Below are positions 12,116-21,939 of a stretch of 32,008 nucleotides of DNA, in pieces. A program made the translations under genes and the position numbers. Source of the DNA: Octopus sinensis (lineage: Eukaryota); NCBI RefSeq assembly GCF_006345805.1, contig NW_021832148.1, forward strand, positions 1 to 32,008. The letters are read 5' to 3'. Each line of letters starts with the position of its first letter. The first letter of the stretch is position 1. Below the pieces are notes generated by a model, which did not search any database, was not told where the DNA came from, and worked only from the letters and a program-made list of their open reading frames with translations.

Positions 12116-12759
12116 TTCAAATGATGTAAACAAAATTTCGAGACATCAATAACGAATATAAATTCTATTCAGAACGAGTCCAATAATATATATTGCTATG
12201 ATTAACTGTAAATTATTATTTCATTCTTTATAACCAAAGGCTGTCTATTTTCTTTTCCATCATTATTTTTTTTTACACCGAATTCTATTGATTTACACAA
12301 TATTAATTGAGTGGAATGTTAGCTAGTTCATTACAATTTATTTCCACAATATTTATTTCATTTCCTTTGGTATTTCTGCCAATTAATTCTCATAAAACAT
12401 TTCGTCTTACTGAATAGGATTTCAATTTATGAGTAACTATAAAAGAGAATATTTAGAAGAGACGTTGAAATATGTTGAAGCTAAGGCGATGTACTCGTTT
12501 ATATAACAGATATTTGTGTATTTGATATGTTTTTCTTTTTAAATTTTAACGGACAAATGCAGCGCAGTGATAATACTTGTGATTGGTGAGAATGTATTTA
12601 GAAGTATGCTCTTCATGCATGCGATTTTCAGCTTGGTTTCAATTCCATTTTGTGAGCCATGTTCAAAAACTGTATATTTTGTACCTTAACCTCGAGTTTA
12701 TCAAAGAAGTGTGAGTGAAACTGTGTAGGCGTAAACTGTGTAGATGTTCATATATATGT

Positions 12760-12956
12760 AGGTATGATAGATCGGTAGCCACTACACACATTTTTACTCT
12801 CTCCTTGTTTCTCACCTTGTTTCTTTCTGTGGAAGAGCGTAGGCTCGAAACGTAAAAGACTTTTTCAGTTCCCGAGCGTTATACTAGTACATCTGTTTGT
12901 TTTCTACACCACCTGCCTTCGTCTTTTGTTTTTTTATTTTTCGTAAAATTTCCCTA

Positions 12957-12958
<2 letters not shown>
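12760..12958 (+). mobile_element. Penelope-type terminal-repeat fragment with a hammerhead-like fold (12822-12859); paralog at 29716-29887
   Basis: TCTTT-CTGTGGA-A-GAGC GTAG GCTC-GAAA-C-GT-A-AAAGA; the downstream about 110 bp is shared with 29790-29887. Confidence 0.65.
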
Positions 12959-12988
<30 letters not shown>

Positions 12989-12992
<4 letters not shown>

Positions 12993-13479
12993 AAATCCTC
13001 GAGTATAGTCCGCACTTGAGTATAATACGCAGGGGACTTTTAGGGGGCGGTGACTCTGAAAAACCTAAACCTTGTGTATAGTACGCAGCCCTTCACTAAC
13101 TTGAGTCAAGGAGATCTTTATAACGCCCTTGGTTTGTAAAAATGTATACCGCAACATACTTTATTATTATTGTATATATAACATAATGCAAACGTGTAGC
13201 ATTTTTGTGCATTTTGTTTGCAGAAAATAAAGAAATAACAGTAATAACGTTTAATAAATTTTGCTTACTGCAAGTTGTGGATGATTCTTTTATGACTTCA
13301 TTGCTTTTAGGCTTAGCTTAAGGTATTTTCGCGCCCGATATCACATTGCCGGACGGCAAATAGATACTTGAACATTGCTTAGAAAATAATTTTCATTTTT
13401 AACTTCATGTATAACACGCACTAGGGATTTTGATCTTCAAATTTTGGGAAAAATGCGGATTATACTCGAGGATTTATGG
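12989..13479. mobile_element. pogo/Tc2-type MITE (non-autonomous Tc1/mariner superfamily)
   Basis: 26 bp TIRs CCTTAAATCCTCGAGTATAGTCCGCA / TGCGGATTATACTCGAGGATTTATGG (2 mismatches), flanked by TA on both sides, no ORF. Confidence 0.85.
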
Positions 13480-13480
13480 T

Positions 13481-13571
<91 letters not shown>
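13481..13571. repeat. (GATA)n microsatellite
   Basis: Read directly. Confidence 0.97.
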
Positions 13572-13573
13572 TA

Positions 13574-14262
13574 CCAGGTTGAGTGAGAAATTTTTTTTCG
13601 AATTTTATCATTAATTTGATACAACTTGTTTGATACAAGTTGTTCAATCGTTGATGATTTATGTATTCTTTTCTTTCATAAAAAATATATAAATATTAAT
13701 TATTTATGCTTTATTTTACAGCTTTCATAACGAGTGGTCAAAATTTCACTTAGAGCTATCTTACTCTCTCTTACGGGAAAAAGAACTAAGTGCAAGGACA
13801 GCTAGAAAAGAAACTAATGACGTGAAAGATCTAGGAACAGTCAAAGAATTTCTTATTTCTTTATTGTCCACAAGGGGCTAAACATAGCGGGGACAAACAA
13901 GGACAGACAAAGGGATTAAGTTGATTACATCAACCCCAGTGTGTTACTGGTACTTAATTTATCAACACCGAAAGGATGAAACGCAAAGTCGACCACAGCG
14001 GAATTTGAACTCAGAACGTAACGGCAAACGAAATATGGCTAAGCATTTCGCCCGGGGTGCTAACGTCTCTGCCAGCTCAAAGAACTTCTGGCACAAAAGT
14101 AGTTCAGATGATTCAAGGAAGGTGACACCAGCCTCGAAGACAAACCATGGTCAAGGACATTTTCTGTGGTGAAAGATGAGGCCTTGTTGGCAATGGTTGA
14201 ATAACAACAGAGCAAAAGTATTTGTACATTGTCGGCAGAACTTGGTCCTTCACAAAACACCA
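13574..14262 (+). mobile_element. 5' part of a mariner transposon (TIR plus degenerate HTH region), interrupted by a SINE
   Basis: TA-CCAGGTTGAGT terminus. Degenerate translation KELSARTARKETNDVKDLGTVKE / FKEGDTSLEDKPWSR / DEALLAMVE resembles the mariner N-terminal HTH motifs (e.g. FRSGDFSLEDEPRSGRP). Confidence 0.75.
13854..14078 (-). mobile_element. Family B SINE (long-tail form) inserted in the mariner
   Basis: Near-complete element ending ...CAATAAAGAAATAAGAA; TSD AAAGAA(T/C)TTCT at 13843-13853 and 14079-14089. Confidence 0.9.
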
Positions 14263-14473
14263 TATCATATCATTTGGCAGTGCTTTATTCAATCTCCTTG
14301 CGAACATGTTTCCAATATCATTGGAAATGCTAACAGTGATTTGCTAGTTTGCAACTGCTACACAACCCTTCCTGAATATTCTGAGTATCTGGGGATGTGA
14401 AAAATCAAAGATATATAAATGATTCTGTTTGCAGTACAATAACTATAGACCTTTTTGATGCTATTTTTATGTA

Positions 14474-15393
14474 CCAGGTTGAGTAATGAGTGTCTTCTTA
14501 TTCCAATCTTTAATCACTAGTTCAAACAGATTACATAGATAAAAACGTTTATTCACCAAAGTATATTCCTTAATATTCTTTTGTTGTCATCGTAGTGCCA
14601 GAAGCTCAATTTCACGCTTATACCAATTGTCTGATTTAGAACTTAAACATCTCCCTGCACTCATTGTCATCTTCATCCACATCCGTGCAAAATATGAGCC
14701 ATGGGTCGAAAAAAGTGGTAAGCTGATGGTCCAATGTCTGGAGTATAAAAAGGCTGAGCTAGCACTGCCAGGTTCTCAGTATCCTCAAGTTTGCGCTTGA
14801 TCACATTGACAGTGTGTTCAGGGGCATTGTCGTGCAGTAGGTGTACGAGTCTTCGACTGACCAATGGTAGGGAGCAGGTTTTCGACGTTTCATATACGGG
14901 TTGAGCATAAAGGTTAGTGTTCACAGTATAACCATCTGAGACCGGTTCAAAGTGCAACACCTCCACCTCCGAAATTCCACCAAAGATACAACATGACTTC
15001 ATGTTCCAACCGACCTTATTTAACAACAAGTGAAACCAGGCTGGAACGATTTAGATTCATTTTTCAATCCGGCATAAAAAAAAGGGGTCTCAAGGACTTG
15101 ACATCATTTGTTTGCGAATGCTGACACGTCGTTGAGAATAGTCATTGGTCAGTTTATGAGAAGCTTCTCCCCAACATCTATTCACATGGTCGAGCTTATG
15201 GATGTGTCGATTGGAGTTTTATGAAGGACCAAGTTCTGCCGACAATGTACAAATGCTTTTGCTCTGTTGTTATTCAACCATTGCCAACAAGGCCTCATCT
15301 TTCACCACAGAAAATCTCCTTGACCATGGTTTGTCTTCGAGGCTGGTGTCACCTTCCTTGAATCATCTGAACTACTTTTGTGCCAGAAGTTCT
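14474..15393 (-). mobile_element. mariner transposase pseudogene (DDE domain) with terminal TIR
   Basis: ORF 14673-15029 contains LLHDNAPEHT and QPFYTPDIGPSAYHFFRPM (cf. mariner LLHDNARPH and HPPYSPDLAPSDYHLF). Upstream frames give HKLTNDYSQRRVSI. TA-CCAGGTTGAGT at 14472-14484. Frameshifts and stops present. Confidence 0.9.
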
Positions 15394-15530
15394 TTGAGCT
15401 GGCAGAGACGTTAGCACGCCGGGCGAAATGCTTAGCCATATTTCGTTTGCCGTTACGTTCTGAGTTCAAATTCCGCCGAAGTCGACTTTGCGTTTCATCC
15501 TTTCGGTCTTGATAAATTAAGTACCAGTAA
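15394..15530 (+). mobile_element. Duplicated 5' half of the 13854-14078 SINE (part of the inverted duplication)
   Basis: Same SINE/mariner junction as at 14078, in reverse orientation. Confidence 0.85.
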
Positions 15531-15673
15531 AGTACTGATAAAGGAATTCAAACGAACGTATTCTCGATGAAAAATAACGAACGATGAAAAATAATATCAG
15601 AGGCTAACATGTTTGCAGTGAGTCGAATTTTCGATGTTCTACCTATGTGTGAATTAGTATGTTTAGGAATTAC

Positions 15674-15700
15674 CTTTGGAAGAAGGTCAGTGACAGACAT
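15674..15700 (-). CDS. Candidate 27 nt internal exon (MSVTDLLPK, phase 0-0)
   Basis: Acceptor TTCTTTTCTACCTGTTCAG, donor AAG|GTAATT; in frame with the candidate exon 16561-16609. No homology recognised. Confidence 0.25.
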
Positions 15701-16020
15701 CTGAACAGGTAGAAAAGAACTCTTGTCACCTTTGATGCTTATTAAAGAGAAGTTCAATCCATACAGAACCTGTATACTGATAACTACTGTGTTTGTGGCA
15801 CTTGTTGCACCAAACTAATATTAGTGTGACGGACGAGAGAGTGGGACAGGCTCTGCTCGGTCTATGCCTGCTACAATAATAAGCTTTGCTGCCCTGTGAG
15901 GTAATTTATCCAGCGATTAAAAGAAGATTAAGGGATTAAACTTCTACAGAAAATCTGAAATAAGGAGGTTCTAAGGCAAATATGTACGGTTATACCGAAG
16001 CAATATCTGGCATCGCTTGA

Positions 16021-16455
16021 AGGCGGTGAGCTCGCAGAAACGTTAACACGCCGGGCGAAATGCTTAGCTGTATTTCGTCTGTCGTTACGTTCAGAGTTCA
16101 AATTTCGCCGTGCTCGTCTTTGCCATTCATCCTTCCGGTGTCGGTAAATTAAGTACCAGTTACGCACTTGGGTCGACGTAATTAACTTAATCCCTTTGTC
16201 TGTCCTTGCTTGTCCCCCTCTATGTTTAGCCCCTTGTGAGCAATAAAGAAATAAGAAACGTTAGCTCGTCGGCGAAATGCTTAGCGGTACTTCGCCTGTC
16301 TTTACGTTCTACATTCGAATTCCGCCGAGCTCGACTTTGCCTTTCATCTTTTCATGGTAGATATATTAAGTACCAGTTGCGTGCTGGGTCGATCTAATTG
16401 ACTAGCCCCACCCCCCAAGAAAAAAATTTCGGGCCTTGTGCCTAGAGTAGAAAAG
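16021..16455 (+). mobile_element. Nested/tandem pair of family B SINEs (long-tail 16021-16256, short-tail 16257-16455)
   Basis: Two consecutive copies of the same body; outer direct repeat TAT(C/A)TGGCATC(G/A)CTTG at 16004-16019 and 16458-16473. Confidence 0.9.
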
Positions 16456-16560
16456 TATATATGGCATCACTTGCGGTGCCATGGGTGCTCTAAAGGAATT
16501 GACTTATCTTTACTTTGTAGGATTTGAGAGTTGATAAATGTTCTTGGGATGAGAACTTAC

Positions 16561-16609
16561 TCGTGGAATAAGCAGGCCAGGTACAGCAGAATTGGTTAAG
16601 GCACTATCT
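16561..16609 (-). CDS. Candidate 49 nt internal exon (DSALTNSAVPGLLIPR, phase 2-0)
   Basis: Acceptor TTCTTTCGGTATTGCAG, donor CGA|GTAAGT; only one of three frames is open. No homology recognised. Confidence 0.35.
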
Positions 16610-17629
16610 CTGCAATACCGAAAGAACACGCCATAAAAGGCCAACCAACTAATTCGATAGAAATTTGGTTGCTATTTCTAGCAACCTACAAGAGGCATCG
16701 ATGATACCAACAAACACCCTCCCCACTAAATTGCTCGCCGTGTGCCTCAATTGGAAACAATATGCTTCAAGAGGTAGAAACAATATTTAAATGCCTGTTG
16801 CAGATGTTCGCCTCTTTATTACACTCGTTTCCGTTGGTGTACACGTCGTCGTCGTCGTCGATATCACCTTCGTCACCGTCGTTATCGCCGTCGTCGTCGT
16901 CATCGTCGTTATCTTCATTGTGGTTGTTGTTGTTGTTGTTGTATAAGAAGTGCTGTTTAATTTTGAAGTTGCTGTTGCTATTGTTGTTGTTCTTCTTCTT
17001 CGTCTTTTTTTTGTTTGTTGTTGCTCTTGCTGCTCAAGCATTCTGCTGTCCATAAATCACGTGATCCATTCTGAAGTTCTCTGCTATTTATCGCTGCTAA
17101 TCCACTATTTTCTCCGACCGTGTTTCTAATCGGATTAATGCCGGCGTTTTGTTTCATTTTGTTTGTGTGTTTCTGTGTTTCCGTCTTTGTTCGAACTCGT
17201 GTGTTTTAGCTGATGGTGGCGGCGGCGGCGGCGGCAGCGGTGGTGGTGGTTATGGTGTTAGTTGACGGCGACGGCGACGGTGGTGCAGAAGAGAGTGTTT
17301 TAAGTCTTTTATAGACAGCTTCAATTACCGTAAGTGCTTAATCTGTTGGAAATTCCAATTAAAACCCATTAATCCTCTACCGACCATAACCGACATCGCC
17401 AACACCACCACCAACACCACCGCCACCACCACCACTGTCACCACCACTACCGCAACAACACCAAGAAGAACGCCATTACCGCCTCCGCCACCCACAATTG
17501 CACGCAAACCCACTATGCAATATTCATATTACAGAGCACACACATAAATGCGCGCGCACACACACATACACACACAAGACTAAGAAAAATACACTTTCAT
17601 TCATCTACTTATGTGTGAGCTGTTATATT

Positions 17630-18187
17630 AAACGCATATATGTGAGTGTGTGTGTGTGTGTGAGTCTGTGTACATGTATGTGTGTGTGTGTGTTTGTGTG
17701 AGTGTGTGTGTGTGTGAGTCTGTGTACATGTGTGTGTGAGTCTGTGTACATGTATGTGTGTGTGTGTGTGTGAGTCTGTGTACATGTGTGTGTGAGTCTG
17801 TGTACATGTGTGTGTGAGTCTGTGTACATGTATGTGTGTGTGTTTGTGCGTGTGCAGTGTCTGAGTAGTTTGTTTGTATATCAATAAGACGGTGAGACGT
17901 GTGTGTGTGTGTGTGCATGTAGGAGTACGCGTGTGCGAGTGCGTGTGTGTGCGTTATGTGTGTATGTGTGTGCATGTGCGTGTTTGCGTTATGTATGTGT
18001 GTGTGCGTTATGTATGTGTGTGTGTTTGTGTGAGTGTGTGTGTGTGAGTCTGTGTACATGTATGTGTGTGTGTGTGTGTGTGTGTGTGAGTCTGTGTACA
18101 TGTATGTGTGTGTGCGTTATGTATGTGTGTGTGTGTGTGTGTGTGTGTGAGTCTGTGTACATGTGTGTGTGTGTGTGTGTGTGTGTG
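17630..18187. repeat. Minisatellite: (GT)n interspersed with about 9 copies of GAGTCTGTGTACAT
   Basis: The unit recurs near 17662, 17716, 17738, 17772, 17794, 17816, 18046, 18088 and 18149. Confidence 0.9.
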
Positions 18188-18229
18188 AGCATTCAAGAGG
18201 AAGATCTGCAATAAAGCAGGAATAAATTA

Positions 18230-18425
18230 AGGAAGAAAAGGAAAAAAGCAAACAAACAAACAAAAGAAGCAACAGAAATATTGAAGGAAGGAGAGGAAGG
18301 AGGAAAGAGATAAGAGATGAACGAAGGAGAGAGAGAAATGGGAATTATTCAATGATAATTGTAGCGATGGAAACAAGAGATATTGTGAAGGATTTAAAGA
18401 AAAGGACGGAATATTGGGTGGGGGG

Positions 18426-18462
<37 letters not shown>

Positions 18463-18642
18463 AAGAAAGAAAAACGAAAGGAAGAAGGAAAAGAAAGGAA
18501 GGAGGAAAGGAACGAACGAACAAACGAACGAAGAAAGAAAGAAATAAAGAAAGAATGGAGGGAAGAAAGAAAAACGAAGGAAGAAAGGAAGAAAGAAAAA
18601 TAAAGAAAGGAAAAAGGGAAAAAGAAAAACGAACGAACGAAC

Positions 18643-18679
<37 letters not shown>

Positions 18680-18963
18680 GAGAAAGAGAGAGAGAGAAAT
18701 AAAGAAAGAAAGAAAAGAAAGACAGGAAGAAGGAAAAGAAAGAAAGAAAGAAAATATGAAAGAAGGTAAGGAAGAAAAAGGAAAGAAAGGAAAAGAAAGA
18801 AAAAAGAAAGAAATGAAAAAGGGAAGAAAGAAAAAAAGAAAGAAAGAAAGAAGAAAGAAAGAAAGAAGGAAAGAAAGAAAGAAAGAAAAAAGAAAGGAGA
18901 GGAAGAAAAAGAGAAAAACAGAATGGAAGGAAAGTAGGAAGGAAGGAAGGAACGAATGAACGA

Positions 18964-18995
<32 letters not shown>

Positions 18996-19075
18996 AAAAA
19001 GAAAGAAAATATGAAAGAAGGTAAGGAAGAAAAAGGAAAGAAAGGAAAATAAAGAAAAAAGAAAGAAATGAAAGA

Positions 19076-19113
<38 letters not shown>

Positions 19114-19763
19114 AATAAAAAAGAACGGAGAGGAAGAAAAAAGAAAAACAGAATGGAAGGAAAGTAGGAAGGAAAGAAGGAACGAATGAACGAAAAAAAG
19201 AAAGAAAGAAAGAGAGAAAGAGAGAAAAAAGAAAGGAAGAAAGAAAATGAAGTAAGAAAAGGAGGCAAGACTGAAAGGGTACAGAGATAAATGAAAAGAA
19301 AAATCGGACAGAAGGAAAAGTCTAAGGAAAGAAAAAAGAACGAAGGGAAGATTAGAATCATCGAAGAAAAAGAAAAGGAAGAACGTAGGAAAGTGAATAC
19401 AAATCCAAGAGAAAGAATGCAAGAAACGAAAGAGATAAATGGAAGCATGAATGACTGGTGAACAGACTCAATGAATGAAAGACTGAAGGACGGTAGGAAT
19501 GAAGGAACGCGCGAACGAGAGAACGAAGAAAGAAAGGAATGAAATGTACACCATTGAATATTGAAAAATATGGCTATCTAATTCGCCAGATAAATAAAGC
19601 AAGATCAATGAATGAATGAGTGAAGATAGGAAGGAAGGAAGGAAGGAAGGAAGAAAGGAAGGAAGGAAGGAAGGAAGGAAATGTCCACTATAGGATATGT
19701 CTATTTCTTTAATTCGCCAAATGAATAAGGCAAGATGAATGAATGAAGATAGGGAGGGAGGAA

Positions 19764-19796
<33 letters not shown>

Positions 19797-19912
19797 GAAG
19801 GAAGGAAGGAAGGAAGGAAATGTCTATTTCTTTAATTCGCCAGATGAAAAAGGCAAGATGAGTAAATGAAGATAGGGAGGAAAGAAGGAAGAAAGAAAGA
19901 AAGAAAGAAAAA

Positions 19913-19947
<35 letters not shown>

Positions 19948-20005
19948 GAAGGAAGAAAGAAAGGAAGGAAGCAAGGAAGGAACGAAGGAAGGAAAGGAAA
20001 TGTCC
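18230..20005. repeat. 1.8 kb polypurine (GAAA)n/(GGAA)n tract with higher-order duplications
   Basis: Read directly; 30-50 bp blocks such as AAAACAGAATGGAAGGAAAGTAGGAAGG and TCTATTTCTTTAATTCGCCA recur 2-3 times. Confidence 0.95.
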
Positions 20006-20548
20006 ACTTTTGAATTTTCGATTGTTATGGCCATATTCTTCACACAGGCTCTCTAAGACAGGTGAGATTTATACCATTAAGATCCGGATCAAGTCAACAC
20101 CTGCGGGAACATGATGGATATGGCGAAGGGTTCCAGAGAGACTAATGAACACTAATTAACACGCTCAAATCCTTCTTGAGAAGAAAGATTTGAGCGTGTT
20201 AATTAGAGTGTGACACAAAATGGACGGATTAAAGGATGTGAAATATCTGAACAATCTAAAAGAAGATGACAGAGAATCAGCCAGTTCTGAAGAGCAGACG
20301 AATATGTAGTGTCAGTATGGAGAGGATACAGCACAGCTACGAGTATCCTCATTTGGAAAGAGTACACGATCGTAAGTGATTTTATGCTAATATGTCAGAT
20401 GGTTTTCGTCAGGATGATCATGGATGGAAGGAGGAGGCGAAGATGAAGAAGAACGCACATTTATATAACCAAAGCATATGGTGAATTAATGATAGATAGA
20501 ATCGTTTCATAGTGATGAGAATATGCTACGTATCATTATGCCATTTCT

Positions 20549-20920
20549 GGAGGTGCAATGGCCCAGTGATTAGGGCAGCGGACTCGTGGTCGTGGGATCG
20601 CTGTTTCTATTCCCAGACCGGTGTTGTGAGTGTTTATTGAGCGAAAACACCTAAAGTTCTACGGGGCTCTGGCAGGGAATGGTGGCGAACCCTGCTATAC
20701 TCTTTCACTTCAACTTTCTTTCACTCTTTCTTCCTGTTTCTGTTGTACCTGTATTTCAAAAATCCAGCCTTGTCACGCTGAATCTCCCCCGAGAACAACG
20801 TTAAGGATACATGTATCTGTGGAGTGCTCAGCCACTTGCAAGTTTATTTCACGTGCAGGCTGTTCCGTTGCTCGAATCAACTGGAAGCCTCGTCGTCGTA
20901 ACTGACGGAGTGCCGACAAA
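20549..20920 (+). mobile_element. Family C tRNA-derived SINE, full length
   Basis: A box TGGCCCAGTGATTAGG, degenerate B box GTTTCTATTCCC, perfect 11 bp TSD ATTATGCCATT (20535-20545 and 20921-20931). Confidence 0.93.
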
Positions 20921-21096
20921 ATTATGCCATTAGATATTTAGAAATATGTCGCCAAATATTTCAATTTATTGTAAATAAAAGCAAAAGTCCTGGATGAGTA
21001 TTTAGGACCCAACACATTTCGCAGAATATATTCATTTTTTCTTTTTTTTTTTGCAGAATTGCAAAACCCCAACCCTGAGTATATGGTGTGTCTTAC

Positions 21097-21194
21097 ATTA
21101 ATAGCCGGCCAAGTAGTTTTAGTTTCTGATATTGTTAATTTTGAGAAACCAGATGCAGTTTTATAGATTTGCATAAGAAGACCTTTCTCTATTT
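21097..21194 (-). CDS. Candidate 98 nt internal exon (IEKGLLMQIYKTASGFSKLTISETKTTWPAIN, phase 1-0)
   Basis: Acceptor TAATCTTTCAG, donor AAT|GTAAGA, single open frame. An overlapping plus-strand alternative exists (acceptor at 21056). Confidence 0.28.
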
Positions 21195-21615
21195 CTGAAA
21201 GATTATTTATGTTGATTAAATATTAACTTCAAACAATTTGCAGTCAACCTGATATAATCTGCAGAAACAAAATCATTAGCTGTAAATACCATTGCATAAT
21301 AAACGACCGGTTTCGAAAGACATAAATTATTTAATGGACATCTTATGTGGTTACAAAATGGGACGAATTAGATGGAGACAGCAGTCTAAAATATTTAATA
21401 TTAATCTTTACAATTTTGGTAGCAATATTTTGTGAACAACTAAAGCTTAATGTAGCATTATCTCTGCTACAACAACGTTATCAAATTTATGATTTCGGAA
21501 GATATGTAACTCATAAATGAAACAGAAGTTTTGCTGTAGTTATTCACAGATTAAAGCTAAACGAAGCATTAACAAAATTATTTCATGCTTTTTTATTTTT
21601 CTGTGCATGAGAAAC

Positions 21616-21687
<72 letters not shown>

Positions 21688-21688
21688 T
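21616..21688. repeat. (GTA)n microsatellite
   Basis: Read directly. Confidence 0.97.
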
Positions 21689-21689
21689 A

Positions 21690-21892
21690 GGTGAACTGAC
21701 AGAGACGTTGCCACGCTTAGCAGCATTTCGTCCGTCTTAACGTGTTCTGAGTTCAAATTCTGCCGAAGTCGACTTTGCCTTTCATTCTTTAGAAATCGAT
21801 AAAATAAGTACCAGCTGTGCACTAAGATCAATGTAATTGACCTACTCACTTCCCCGAAATTGCTGGCATTGAGATACAATTTGAAATCGATA
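21690..21892 (+). mobile_element. Family B SINE (short-tail, diverged)
   Basis: TTCTGAGTTCAAATTCTGCCGAAGTCGACTTTGCCTTTCAT...AATAAGTACCAG...GAAATTGCTGGC. Confidence 0.85.
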
Positions 21893-21901
21893 TTATTATT
21901 A

Positions 21902-21938
<37 letters not shown>

Positions 21939-21939
<1 letters not shown>

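Noticed and set aside
17210-17547. Gly-rich frame, TGA, then about 94 open codons on the + strand (possible readthrough or Sec)
   Set aside because: GC-rich trinucleotide repeats explain the open frame; no start codon, no redox motif and no SECIS recognised.
17630-18187. CRISPR-like repeat-spacer appearance
   Set aside because: Spacers are only (GT)n of variable length, the context is eukaryotic, and there are no cas genes.
18345-20043. Long ORFs of 367, 342, 191 and 181 aa
   Set aside because: F/S/L- or K/E/R-only translations of the (GAAA)n tract; the lack of stops follows from base composition.
20549-20625. tRNA gene (also at 1225-1301 and 3561-3625)
   Set aside because: The A/B boxes are SINE heads continuing into repeat bodies (with TSDs at 20549 and 1301); no complete cloverleaf.
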